From Chthoniobacterales bacterium (GTDB lineage: Bacteria; Verrucomicrobiota; Verrucomicrobiia; Chthoniobacterales; UBA6821): a DNA stretch of 34,082 bases. Below are positions 24,702-34,003 of the stretch, piece after piece (position 1 is the first letter of the stretch; each line of letters starts with the position of its first letter). The stretch is from contig JAIPKF010000001.1 of assembly GCA_021733705.1 (NCBI GenBank), forward strand, positions 1 to 34,082, read 5' to 3'. The translations under genes were made by a program, and so were the position numbers. The notes beneath the pieces are model-generated. The model was given only the letters and a program-made list of their open reading frames with translations. It was not told where the DNA came from and did no database searches.

Positions 24702-24890
24702 AGAAAAAGAAGAGAATCAGTAAAGGGTAAAGAGTAACGCCTATTTTTAAGATCGGAATAAAAAAATATCTTTCTTCATTTACGTTGGCTCGTAAATCAA
24801 TGCCATTCGAGGTGGTTTAGAAAACGTCATTACCCATCACTCTTTCCTCTTTACCCATTACCTTTTCCTCTTTATCTTTCACGTTTTCCC

Positions 24891-25427
24891 ATGATTCTTA
24901 TCATCTCTTGTAGTCATCATCCGGAAAGCCGCTCCCGTCTGCTAGCCAATGCTATTGATAAAGCTGTTATCGCATTGGGAAACACGACCCATTTTTTGGA
25001 TCTACGCACCATGCCACTCCCCCTTTGTGATGGTCATTCCACTCATGAAAATAGGGAGGTCTTAAAAGCAAGAGCACTCGTAAAATCAGCAAAGGGTATT
25101 CTTCTCTCTACGCCTATTTATAACTATGGGGCGAATGCAATTACTAAAAGCTTCATCGAAAATACCGGTCCCTCATGGAATGGCAAACCGGTTGGAATGC
25201 TCTGTTCGGCAGGAGGCAAAGGAAGCTACATGGCCTTAATGCCCCTTGTTGGAAGCCTGATGCTCGATTTTCATTGTCATGTACTCCCACGCCATGTCTA
25301 TGCTCTTACCAACCAATTTCAAGAAGACCGTATCATCGATACTGAACTACAGGAGCGTATTACTCTCCTTGCCTCAGATATATGCTGGCTTTCGCAGTCC
25401 CTTGCAGAAAGACAAGTAATTAAGTAA
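24891..25427 (+). CDS. NAD(P)H-dependent FMN reductase family oxidoreductase
   Basis: It is flavodoxin-like, with (I)LIISCSHHPESRSR...LLSTPIYNYGANAITKSFIE typical of the FMN_red family. Confidence 0.65.
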   Translation: MILIISCSHHPESRSRLLANAIDKAVIALGNTTHFLDLRTMPLPLCDGHSTHENREVLKARALVKSAKGILLSTPIYNYGANAITKSFIENTGPSWNGKPVGMLCSAGGKGSYMALMPLVGSLMLDFHCHVLPRHVYALTNQFQEDRIIDTELQERITLLASDICWLSQSLAERQVIK

Positions 25428-25516
25428 TGGTCTGCTTTTTGAGCTGTTTTTTCAAACTCTCATTGATAGGATGACATCTCTTTTTCTAAAAACCCTTACG
25501 ATCTATTATTTTTTCC

Positions 25517-26452
25517 ATGTCTTCTTCCCTTGCTGACCTTCAAGCCATTTACGAAACACCATTCTTGGAGCTTATTCGACGTTCTCACGAGGTGCATCGA
25601 GAGCATTGGAAAAATAATGATGTGCAGCTCTGCACGCTCTTAAGTATTAAGACGGGGGGCTGTAGTGAGGATTGTTCCTATTGTGCTCAAAGTGCTCGAT
25701 ACAAAACAGAGCTAGAAATCGAACCTCTTATGAAATGTGAAGAAGTGCTCCCGCGTGCCCGCCAGGCCAAAGAAAAAGGAGCTGCTCGCTTTTGTATGGG
25801 AACGGCATGGCGTGGGGTCAAAAGTGGGGATGCTAAATTTAATGAAGTCTTAAAGACTGTTCGTGAGGTGAGTAAATTAGGAATGGAGGTATGTGTAACG
25901 TTAGGTCTCCTTGGTGATCAAGAGGCGTCTCAACTCAAAGAAGCTGGTGTTACCGCCTACAACCACAATATCGATACCTCCCCGGAATATTACCCCAACA
26001 TTATTTCAACACGGAGTTTTCAAGATCGTCTTGATACCATTGCTGCTGTTCAGAGAGCTGGTATGTCGGTCTGCTGTGGAGGAATTATAGGAATGGGGGA
26101 GAGTATTACAGACCGTCTTCGTATGTTGGAAGTGTTATGCAATCTAGATCCAGCTCCTGAAAGTGTTCCCCTCAATTGTCTCGTGCCGATGCCAGGGACT
26201 CCATTAGCTGATCAGCCCCAAGTCGATATTTTTGAATTTGTGAGACTCGTGGCAACAGCTCGTATCGTTTTACCTAAAGCACGTGTTCGTCTCTCGGCAG
26301 GTCGTGATCAGTTGAGTCGTGAAGGACAAGCACTCTGCTTTTTTGCTGGAGCAAATTCGATTCATTATGGAGAAAAACTTCTCACTGCTGAAAATCCAGA
26401 TACTAATGAGGATGTCACGTTACTGAAGGAACTAGGATTGCTCCAAGAGTAG
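25517..26452 (+). CDS. bioB: Biotin synthase (radical SAM)
   Basis: It has the CSEDCSYCAQS radical-SAM cluster motif. Also present are FCMGTAWR, YNHNIDTS and CCGGIIGMGES. Confidence 0.9.
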   Translation: MSSSLADLQAIYETPFLELIRRSHEVHREHWKNNDVQLCTLLSIKTGGCSEDCSYCAQSARYKTELEIEPLMKCEEVLPRARQAKEKGAARFCMGTAWRGVKSGDAKFNEVLKTVREVSKLGMEVCVTLGLLGDQEASQLKEAGVTAYNHNIDTSPEYYPNIISTRSFQDRLDTIAAVQRAGMSVCCGGIIGMGESITDRLRMLEVLCNLDPAPESVPLNCLVPMPGTPLADQPQVDIFEFVRLVATARIVLPKARVRLSAGRDQLSREGQALCFFAGANSIHYGEKLLTAENPDTNEDVTLLKELGLLQE

Positions 26453-26461
26453 CATCAACGA

Positions 26462-27061
26462 CTATTTAGGCAAACGCTCTTCTACGATCTCGCAAAGGAC
26501 ATGAAGAAGAAATTTTTGAGCCTCTTGAATACGGGCAGTTACTGTTCCTGGAACAATGATTTCTATGTCTGCAACGCCAGCGGTAAAGCCTCCGTTTTTT
26601 CCAAGGAAAGCTATTGTTTGAATGCCCCTCTCTTTTGCATCTTCAAGTGCTAGAAGAAGATTACGAGAGTTTCCGCTCGTGCTCAGGACGATCAAAAGAT
26701 CTCCTTTTTTCCCAAAAGCAGCAACTTGTCTTTGGAACACCGTTTCAAAATGATAATCATTTCCAATAGCCGTCATGAGCCCTCCATCCACAGTGAAGGC
26801 CATGGCAGGATAGGGTCTTCTGTCTTGGCAAAAACGGCAGGTAAATTCTGTAGCAATATGGGCAGCATCACTTGCACTCCCTCCATTGCCACAAAGCATC
26901 AATTTGTGGCCAGCAAGTAATGTATCTCCGAGTAAGGCTGCTGCTTGTACTATCTTCGGTTGCAGCACTTTTAATTGCTCGAACGTGGCCAACGCACCAG
27001 TTAGTGAGGAGACAAATTGACTACTAGGTGAAGGTCCTTGTGAAACCGATGGAGAACTCAT
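26462..27061 (-). CDS. gmhA: Phosphoheptose isomerase (SIS)
   Basis: The motifs are LCGNGGSASDAAHIATEF, GNDYHFETVF and LSTSGNSRN. ATG 27061 gives spacing to the CGNGGS motif like E. coli GmhA; the ORF is open to 27133. Confidence 0.85.
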   Translation of the reverse strand: MSSPSVSQGPSPSSQFVSSLTGALATFEQLKVLQPKIVQAAALLGDTLLAGHKLMLCGNGGSASDAAHIATEFTCRFCQDRRPYPAMAFTVDGGLMTAIGNDYHFETVFQRQVAAFGKKGDLLIVLSTSGNSRNLLLALEDAKERGIQTIAFLGKNGGFTAGVADIEIIVPGTVTARIQEAQKFLLHVLCEIVEERLPK

Positions 27062-27176
27062 GATATTTTTTTCGTGATGTAGCAGACTAACCGCTTGTAT
27101 TGGAGAGAGCAAGTTTTCAGAGAATAGCATCATTTTCTTTACCAGGGATGCAACTCCCTTTATGTATCTAGTACTT

Positions 27177-28697
27177 ATGAGTAAAACACCCCAAAACGCG
27201 ATCTCTCCTAGACGTCATGAAGATTTTCCAGAATGGTATCAACAGGTTGTACGTGCAGCAGAGATGGCTGAAAATTCTGAGGTTCGTGGCTGTATGGTTA
27301 TCAAACCATGGGGCTATGCTCTTTGGGAGCGAATGCAAAGCATTCTTGATGCGATGTTCAAGGCTACAGGACATCGTAATGCTTACTTCCCACTTTTTAT
27401 TCCACTAAGTCATTTACAAAAAGAGGCGGAGCATGTGGAGGGATTTGCCAAAGAATGTGCCGTGGTCACTCATCATCGCCTCGAGATGCAAGATGGAAAG
27501 CTCGTTCCCGCAGGGGAACTCACGGAGCCTTTAATTGTTCGGCCCACCTCTGAAACTATTATCGGTTCTGTCTATGCCAAATGGGTAAAGTCGTATCGTG
27601 ATCTTCCTATTTTACTTAATCAATGGGCCAATGTTGTCCGATGGGAGCTTCGTCCCCGACTTTTTCTAAGAACTGCAGAGTTTCTTTGGCAAGAGGGGCA
27701 TACAGCTCATGAAACAGAAGCAGAGGCTGTGGCAGAGACGAAGAAAATGCTCCATATTTATGAAACCTTTGCACGAGATTACTTAGCCTTACCGGTCATT
27801 TGTGGTGAGAAGACAGCAAGTGAACGATTCCCCGGAGCGGTCCGTACCTACTGTATTGAAGCCATGGTTCAAGATCGCAAGGCGATTCAAGCAGGCACTT
27901 CACACTTCTTAGGGCAAAATTTTGCAAAAGCCTCAGAAATAACATTTCAATCTCGCCAAGGAACTCTAGAACATGCTTGGACCACAAGCTGGGGAGTCAG
28001 TACACGGTTGGTCGGGACACTCCTGATGGCTCATGGAGATGATGATGGAGCTATCTTACCTCCGAGAATTGCGCCGAGCCAAGTGATCATTATTCCTTTT
28101 ATACCGAAAGAAGAACAGCGCGCCCCTATTCTTGAAAAAGCTGAAGAGATCGCCACACTTCTTCGATCTGCCTCGTATTTAGGAGAGGCAATTCGAGTCG
28201 AGATCGATACTCGTGATATCAATGGAAGCACAAAAAGCTGGGATTGGATCAAACGCGGAGCCCCACTACGCTTAGAGATTGGACCACGTGATTGTGAAGC
28301 AGAGACGGTGGCTCTTGGACGACGCGATCGTGGGCCCAAAGAAAAAGAGTCAATCCCATGGAGCCTCCTGTCACAACGTCTTCCAGAAATCTTAGCTGAA
28401 ATTCAACACTCACTTTTGGATCGTGCTCTTGCTTTTCGTAATACCCATACTCGTAAGATTGATACCAAGGAAGAGTTCTATGAATTCTTTACCCCAACAA
28501 ACAAAACTCAACCTGAAATTCATGGTGGCTTTGCATTAACCCATTGGAACGGTTCTGCTGAAGTGGAAGCTAGGATTAAAGAGGAACTCAAGGTTACCAT
28601 ACGCTGCATCCCTCTCGAGGAGAACCCTCTTTGCGGAATATGTCCATTTACTGGGGAACCAAGCTCACAACGGGTTCTTTTTGGAAAATCTTATTAA
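27177..28697 (+). CDS. proS: Prolyl-tRNA synthetase, archaeal/eukaryotic type
   Basis: The N-terminus reads FPEWYQQVVRAAEMAENSEVRGCMVIKPWGYALWE. Class II motifs are present. There is no bacterial INS editing domain. It ends in the family-typical terminal Tyr (..FGKSY). The stop TAA (28695-28697) is the element boundary. Confidence 0.9.
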   Translation: MSKTPQNAISPRRHEDFPEWYQQVVRAAEMAENSEVRGCMVIKPWGYALWERMQSILDAMFKATGHRNAYFPLFIPLSHLQKEAEHVEGFAKECAVVTHHRLEMQDGKLVPAGELTEPLIVRPTSETIIGSVYAKWVKSYRDLPILLNQWANVVRWELRPRLFLRTAEFLWQEGHTAHETEAEAVAETKKMLHIYETFARDYLALPVICGEKTASERFPGAVRTYCIEAMVQDRKAIQAGTSHFLGQNFAKASEITFQSRQGTLEHAWTTSWGVSTRLVGTLLMAHGDDDGAILPPRIAPSQVIIIPFIPKEEQRAPILEKAEEIATLLRSASYLGEAIRVEIDTRDINGSTKSWDWIKRGAPLRLEIGPRDCEAETVALGRRDRGPKEKESIPWSLLSQRLPEILAEIQHSLLDRALAFRNTHTRKIDTKEEFYEFFTPTNKTQPEIHGGFALTHWNGSAEVEARIKEELKVTIRCIPLEENPLCGICPFTGEPSSQRVLFGKSY

Positions 28698-28879
28698 CCC
28701 GGATATTTCATACTGAAGCGTCATGAGGCGCCGTGCAAAGCTTATGAGTACAAGGCGGGCGAAGGATTGTGATGCCGGGCTGTATGAGCACATACTGCAC
28801 AAATCACAATTCGAGACCAACACAGTAATAATGAGCTTTCCACAAGTCGTAATAGATTTAGTGTGAAATATCCGGGTTG
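28695..28879 (-). mobile_element. MITE-like element, family B, inverted orientation
   Basis: It is the reverse complement of the 23530 copy (..GCGCCGTGCAAAGCTTATGAGTACAAGGCGGGCGAAGGATTGTGATGCCGGGCTGTATGAG...CCACAAGTCGTAATAGATTTAGTGTGAAATATCCGGGTT). Confidence 0.85.
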
Positions 28880-28916
28880 ACCCGGATATTTCATACTGAT
28901 CACCAACGGAGATCGT
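28878..28916 (+). repeat. Solo family A left end
   Basis: TGACCCGGATATTTCATACTGATCACCAACGGAGATCG matches the first ~38 nt of family A (TAACCCGGATATTTCATACCGATCACCTGCGGAAGCCG) and then homology is lost. Confidence 0.65.
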
Positions 28917-28936
28917 ATGATTTGATAAAATGGGGA

Positions 28937-29054
28937 CGGGCCACTGTTACTCGATCTGAAAAAACCAAGAAACAGATCGCAGTGGCCCGTTTTTAGAAGA
29001 GCGGACCACCGTTACTCGACCTGAAAAAACCAAGAAACAGATCGCGATGGCCCG
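28937..29054 (+). repeat. Tandem duplication (period 65 bp) of a 53-nt interrupted hairpin; the first copy is terminator-like
   Basis: Copy 1 (28937-28989) is CGGGCCACTG-ttact-CGATCTG-aaaaaaccaagaaa-CAGATCG-CAGTGGCCCG followed by TTTTT. Copy 2 (29002-29054) is the same module with 3 stem mismatches and no T-run. Confidence 0.75.
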
Positions 29055-29123
29055 CTAAATAAACTACATAATGATAGACCGAAAAAGTTGTCTCACGTTC
29101 AAAAAAAATATACTATTCTAAAT

Positions 29124-30122
29124 ATGCTTCAAAATATTGCTGTTCTTACATCTGGAGGAGATGCCCCTGGAATGAATCCTGCTATCCGTTCTGTTGTGCG
29201 AACGGCCATGGAGAGAGGTTGTGATGTGATTGGTATCAGCAATGGCTACGACGGAATTTTTGAAGGGGCTGTAGAAAAATTAACGGGAACCATTCTTTCT
29301 GGAATGATTGATCGCGGAGGTACCATTTTGCAATCAAGTCGCTGCAAGCGTTTTTATGACCCCGTTGGTATTGATGAAGCTAAAGAACGATTAATCCAAC
29401 TGGGAATCCAAGGTTTAGTTGTTATTGGAGGTGATGGTTCCCTCACGGGTGCTCGAGAGCTGCATCGGCGGGGGTTTCCTGTAATTGGCATCCCTGCAAG
29501 CATCGATAATGATATGCTTGGAACCGAAATGGCCATCGGCGCTGATACTGCGGCCAATACGATCATGCAGCTTATCGATCGTATCCGTGACACGGCTCGC
29601 TCTCACAGGCGCTGCTTTCTTATTGAAGTGATGGGCCGCAATTCTGGCTTTCTCGCCTTAACTACGGCCATTAGCTGTGGAGCAGAGGTAGCTGTTATTC
29701 CAGAATTTGCCCACAATATGAGTCGTATTATTCATCTTCTTCGATCCCGTTTTGAAAAAACACGTGATAATTCCATTATTGTCCTTGCGGAGGGTGTTTG
29801 TGATGCTGAAACGTTTATTTCCCGAATGCTTGTTGAAGAACAAGGGGTCTCCTTTGATCAGGAAATTCGTAAAACAGTTTTGGGACACGTCCAACGCGGA
29901 GGTATTCCAACCCATTTTGATCGTATCCTAGGAGCTCGCTTTGGAGAAATGGCTGTTCTAGGTCTTCTCCAAGGAGAGAGTGGCAGTATGACTGGTTTAG
30001 AAGAGAGCCATGTGACACTTGTTGATTTAGAAAAAGTAATCGGCTTCAAAAAACATCCCTCGTCTGAACTCATTCGATTAGCTCGTCATTTACAAATTGA
30101 ATTTGGTGATGTAGTAGAGTGA
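29124..30122 (+). CDS. pfkA: 6-phosphofructokinase (ATP-type signature GGDGS)
   Basis: The motifs are IAVLTSGGDAPGMN, IGGDGSLTG, IPASIDND and VMGRNSG. The ORF is open from TTG 29088, but ATG 29124 is preferred. Confidence 0.85.
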   Translation: MLQNIAVLTSGGDAPGMNPAIRSVVRTAMERGCDVIGISNGYDGIFEGAVEKLTGTILSGMIDRGGTILQSSRCKRFYDPVGIDEAKERLIQLGIQGLVVIGGDGSLTGARELHRRGFPVIGIPASIDNDMLGTEMAIGADTAANTIMQLIDRIRDTARSHRRCFLIEVMGRNSGFLALTTAISCGAEVAVIPEFAHNMSRIIHLLRSRFEKTRDNSIIVLAEGVCDAETFISRMLVEEQGVSFDQEIRKTVLGHVQRGGIPTHFDRILGARFGEMAVLGLLQGESGSMTGLEESHVTLVDLEKVIGFKKHPSSELIRLARHLQIEFGDVVE

Positions 30123-31013
30123 TCACCCAGCAATATGACCTCTCACATTCACTAGATAAGCTCCTAAGAAGGTGATAGAACCACCTGCGAATGACATCAG
30201 TGTTGGAAGCTCTCCAAGTAACAGCCATCCTAAGAGAATGGAAAGGAGAGGCAAGAGGAACATCCAGCTAGCTACTTGAGCCATATTCGTTTTACTACTT
30301 GTGTAGGCATAGAGAAGATAGCAAAGGGCTCCTGGAAAAATTCCTAAGAGAAGCATATTGAGAGTTGCTAGACGAGGAGCAGAAAATAGCGCCTTGCTCA
30401 ATCCACCCCCAAAAGGAATCAGCGCAAAAGTTCCTATCCAAATAGACCAGGTGGTGATTTCAAGAGGAGAGTAATGACTCAGCATTTTCTTCATGAGAAG
30501 GCCATAAATAGAAGCACTAATCATTGCGAGTATTACTAATAAAGCTCCCCGTGAGAAATGTAGTGATCCATGTGCTCCTATTGCAGTAATTACAACACCA
30601 CTAAAAGCAATAAAAACACCCAGCCACCCGAGATGCGTCAATTTTTCAGAAAAAAAATAACGAGCCCCAAGTGCTATCAAAATGGGAAGAAGTGCCCCTA
30701 AGAGAGCTGCTGTTCCTGCTGTAATCGTTACTTCGCCACGATTTACACAATAATTGTAAATACTAAATCCAGTTATTCCCATTATTACGATGAATGGAAA
30801 ATGGCGCCATGATGGAAGGTGTGCTCCGTGCCACCCCCAGAAAGGCAAAAGAACCAACGATGCAATTGTGTAGCGGCCAAGAGCTAATTGTCCGGGGGTG
30901 TAACCATGAAGCGCTGCACGAATGCCAACCCAACCCCATCCCCATCCAAGAGCAGACCCAGCAAGACACAAATATAAAATCCACTGTGGAGAGAGAGATA
31001 GAGATCGCTTCAT
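30123..31013 (-). CDS. EamA/DMT-family transporter
   Basis: It has ten hydrophobic segments forming two EamA-like halves. The upstream ATG at 31046 is also possible. Its stop is directly adjacent to the pfkA stop (TGA|TCA). Confidence 0.7.
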   Translation of the reverse strand: MKRSLSLSPQWILYLCLAGSALGWGWGWVGIRAALHGYTPGQLALGRYTIASLVLLPFWGWHGAHLPSWRHFPFIVIMGITGFSIYNYCVNRGEVTITAGTAALLGALLPILIALGARYFFSEKLTHLGWLGVFIAFSGVVITAIGAHGSLHFSRGALLVILAMISASIYGLLMKKMLSHYSPLEITTWSIWIGTFALIPFGGGLSKALFSAPRLATLNMLLLGIFPGALCYLLYAYTSSKTNMAQVASWMFLLPLLSILLGWLLLGELPTLMSFAGGSITFLGAYLVNVRGHIAG

Positions 31014-31076
31014 GAAAAAAAGAAGATGAGTAGAGAACTTGTGCAACGCAGAGGAAAATCGTAGAATTTACCATAA

Positions 31077-31364
31077 ATGAAAAATTCCTTCACCTTTTTT
31101 AAAATCTTCTTCAATACGCTCTTTTTTTTGGTGCTAACTTCCTTTAGTTGCTTAGCAACAGAGGGGTCTAAAAAAACAACCTCACCCACTCCCTATCCAC
31201 TTTCAACCTGCGTTGTTTCTGAAAATCCTTTAGGGGTTATGGGACCTCCTTTCATTATCCAACATGATGGAACTGAAGTTCGCTTTTGCTGCGAAGAGTG
31301 TGTGAAGGATTTTAATAAAGATCCGGAAAAATATTTGAAAAGGTTGCATGGGGAATCGCAGTAG
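31077..31364 (+). CDS. Secreted small protein with a YHS/TRASH-like Cys motif
   Basis: It has a signal peptide (FFLVLTSFSCLA). The sequence C-x22-FCCEEC-x-DFNKDPEKY resembles YHS/TRASH metal-binding domains. Confidence 0.5.
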   Translation: MKNSFTFFKIFFNTLFFLVLTSFSCLATEGSKKTTSPTPYPLSTCVVSENPLGVMGPPFIIQHDGTEVRFCCEECVKDFNKDPEKYLKRLHGESQ

Positions 31365-31485
31365 TAAAATAAAACGATGACCTTGTCTGTGGAATATTAG
31401 AAATGCTTTCCTTTTTAATTTAAACACGCTGCGCTGTAGTTACACACTTCAATATCATGATTCATTTTCTTAAAATTTTTTCTTT

Positions 31486-32610
31486 ATGACGAATAACCCC
31501 GCCTACGAAGCACTTGCCAGAGTCCTCACAGAGCATTCTACTAAGTTAAAAAAAGGAGATCATGTGCTCCTTGATGCTCATGACACTCCAGAATCCTTTG
31601 TGATTGCGCTTCTACGTGCTGTGAGAAAATGTGGTGCATTTCCTTTTGTGCAGCTTCACTCAGGAAAAATTGCTCGTGAAATGGCTTTAGGGATTTCCGA
31701 GCAGCAAGCCTCTACGATATTGGAACTAGATTTAGCACGCATGAAAAAAATGCAGGCTTATATTTGTGTTCGAGGAAGCAAAAATATTGCTGAAATGGCT
31801 GATGTGCCACAAGAAAAAATGAATATTCTTTCAGAAACGTTAAAACCACTTTCCAATTATCGTGTCAATAAAACACGTTGGGTCGTCCTTCGTTGGCCCA
31901 CAGATTCAATGGCCCAACAGGCACATCAAAGCACGGAGGCTTTTGAAGAATTCTTCTTTCGTGTCTGTACACTCGATTATGCCCGTATGCAGCCAGGAAT
32001 GAAGGCACTCAAAGACCTTATGGATCGCACTGACCGTGTTGCGATAAAAGGGCCTGGAACAGATTTACGTTTTAGCATCAAAGGAATTGGCTCTGTCATG
32101 TGTGGTGGAGAATTTAATATTCCTGATGGGGAGGTTTTTAGCTGTCCAGTCAAAAACTCAGTAGAGGGAGAGATTACTTTTAATGCACCCACCATTTACC
32201 GAGGTATCGGCTTTGAAAACATCCACCTTGTTTTTGCTAAAGGAAAAATTATCAAGGCTACTTCGAGTGATACCAAGGCACTCAATGAAATTTTAGATAC
32301 TGATCCGGGAGCACGTTATATAGGAGAATTTTCTCTTGGTTTTAATCCTCATATTTTGGATCCGATGCGAGATATTCTCTTTGATGAAAAAATAGCTGGA
32401 TCGTTTCATTTTACACCAGGTCAAGCATACGAGATTGCTGGCAACAAAAACAAAAGTGCGATTCATTGGGACATGGTCTCTATTCAGCGAAAAGATTACG
32501 GTGGTGGTGAAATTTGGTTTGATGATGTGCTCATTCGCAAAGATGGACTCTTTACTCAACCAGCATTAAGGAAGTTAAATCCCGATCAACTTCTTAAAAC
32601 AAGAAAATGA
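31486..32610 (+). CDS. Aminopeptidase, M29 (AmpS/PepS) family
   Basis: The length and motifs ([38 protein letters not shown]) are typical of thermophilic-metalloprotease M29. Confidence 0.75.
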   Translation: MTNNPAYEALARVLTEHSTKLKKGDHVLLDAHDTPESFVIALLRAVRKCGAFPFVQLHSGKIAREMALGISEQQASTILELDLARMKKMQAYICVRGSKNIAEMADVPQEKMNILSETLKPLSNYRVNKTRWVVLRWPTDSMAQQAHQSTEAFEEFFFRVCTLDYARMQPGMKALKDLMDRTDRVAIKGPGTDLRFSIKGIGSVMCGGEFNIPDGEVFSCPVKNSVEGEITFNAPTIYRGIGFENIHLVFAKGKIIKATSSDTKALNEILDTDPGARYIGEFSLGFNPHILDPMRDILFDEKIAGSFHFTPGQAYEIAGNKNKSAIHWDMVSIQRKDYGGGEIWFDDVLIRKDGLFTQPALRKLNPDQLLKTRK

Positions 32611-32611
32611 G

Positions 32612-33145
32612 ATGATACGTTCTATTATTCATCATCTACACGAGCTCTGGGAGCGCTTTATTAAAGCACATGATTGTCCTCATGCTATGGCAGGAGGTAT
32701 GGCTATCGGTGTCTTTTTTGGATTTATCCCAGTTTTTGGATTTAAAACACTCTTAGCGCTAGGAACATCTCTAGTTACCCGCTGCAACCTTATTGCTGCT
32801 GTTGTCGGAGTCACATTGCATGATATTTTTTGCTGGAGCTGGCCATTCCTTTATCGACTTGAGTTTCAAATAGGCCACTGGATTTTAAGTAATCCACATC
32901 AATTTGCACCAAAATTACTCAGAACAGATTTTAAGCTCTCTGAAATCTTACAATGGGAAAACTTCATCACTATTCTCTATCCATGGCTTCTTGGCTCGAT
33001 CATTATTGCTATTCCTGCCACAATTATTGCTTACATTATCACACTTATTTTCATGTGCCATCGAGAAAGAAAAAAAGCATTTCAACGCGATCAAGCCACT
33101 CAAGCTTGCTCTAACGAGAGCTTCCAGCTAGGAATCAATCAATGA
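32612..33145 (+). CDS. DUF2062-family membrane protein
   Basis: HAMAGGMAIGVFFGFIPVFGFKTLLAL is the DUF2062 signature. It starts 2 nt after the aminopeptidase stop. Confidence 0.6.
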   Translation: MIRSIIHHLHELWERFIKAHDCPHAMAGGMAIGVFFGFIPVFGFKTLLALGTSLVTRCNLIAAVVGVTLHDIFCWSWPFLYRLEFQIGHWILSNPHQFAPKLLRTDFKLSEILQWENFITILYPWLLGSIIIAIPATIIAYIITLIFMCHRERKKAFQRDQATQACSNESFQLGINQ

Positions 33146-33471
33146 ATATTCGAGTTTTTTTTATAATTTTAGCTCTCTTTCTATTTCTGCTTTCGGGAAA
33201 CAGTATTCTCTTTGCTCAACAAACCACACAGCCTGACAATCAGTTTGTTGCTCCTAAGAAAAAAACTCACACAATTCAAAAAAAAGTGGAGAGAGAATCG
33301 CTAATTACTCCAGATGGCATTCTAACGAAAGCCTATCAATCTAAAAGGCCTTGGGAAATGCTGAGTCCTTTTGCCTCTGAATCCTATGGTGATGGCCAAG
33401 AAATGGTCTCTGAAAATCCTAATCAGCTTGGGAAACAAAATGGTTTAGTCATTTTTGGGATTGAATGGTGA
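33142..33471 (+). CDS. Small secreted hypothetical protein
   Basis: It has an N-terminal signal peptide (FFIILALFLFLLSGNSILFA). Its ATG overlaps the upstream stop (ATGA), suggesting translational coupling. No family was recognised. Confidence 0.45.
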   Translation: MNIRVFFIILALFLFLLSGNSILFAQQTTQPDNQFVAPKKKTHTIQKKVERESLITPDGILTKAYQSKRPWEMLSPFASESYGDGQEMVSENPNQLGKQNGLVIFGIEW

Positions 33472-33511
33472 TCACATAATCCCAGCAAGATAGCATGAGG
33501 TTGGTAAACGA

Positions 33512-33955
33512 CTATTTTTCTCGAACAGGAACTACAAGTATAGGCTTCGTTGCATGTTTGAGGAGAACGGTGACAACACTCCCATTAAAAAGATGGTATA
33601 ATCCGCCGTGACCATGAGAACCAACAACCACAATAGAGGAATGAGCAGAGTAATTCTGGATTTCTTCTAAAGGAAGCCCTACTTTGGCAACTGTTTCAAA
33701 AGTAATTCCACGGTTTTTTAAAGGAGCTACTAATGAATCAAGGTCTTTTTTAATTTCTTGAATCTCTTCTTTAGAGGGAGGAACTGGAATTGCAACTGCA
33801 TCCATAGAGGAGCCTATTGGAGTATAAGCACTCACTGCGGAAATAACATGAAGTAGGATAATTTTAGCTTGCAGCGGTTCTGCCAAATCGGCAGCGGCAT
33901 TCACGATTTGAGCACTAGTGGGGCTAAGATCAACAGCAACAAGAATGGTTTTCAT
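33512..33955 (-). CDS. Universal stress protein (UspA family)
   Basis: MKTILVAVDLSPTS...ILLHVI...VVVGSHGHGGLYHLFNGSVVTVLLKHATKPILVVP is the Usp ATP-binding-type pattern. Confidence 0.85.
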   Translation of the reverse strand: MKTILVAVDLSPTSAQIVNAAADLAEPLQAKIILLHVISAVSAYTPIGSSMDAVAIPVPPSKEEIQEIKKDLDSLVAPLKNRGITFETVAKVGLPLEEIQNYSAHSSIVVVGSHGHGGLYHLFNGSVVTVLLKHATKPILVVPVREK

Positions 33956-34003
33956 AGGTGTTAGTATATTGAGCTAACATGAAAATGCTAGCGCCAATAA
34001 TGC

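Noticed and set aside
28031-28339. Long antisense or overlapping ORFs lie within proS, yidC, pfkA, the secretin, the heptosyltransferase and others (for example 28031-28339, 29354-29593, 23090-23350, 9060-9344, 12076-12327).
   Set aside because: They lie entirely within well-supported genes on the other strand or frame and have no recognisable motifs. They are typical shadow ORFs.
30118-30127. The pfkA and EamA-transporter stop codons abut as a TGATCA palindrome with zero intergenic distance.
   Set aside because: This is a plausible consequence of convergent genes in a compact genome. It has no supporting structure or repeat and is noted only as leaving no room for a terminator.
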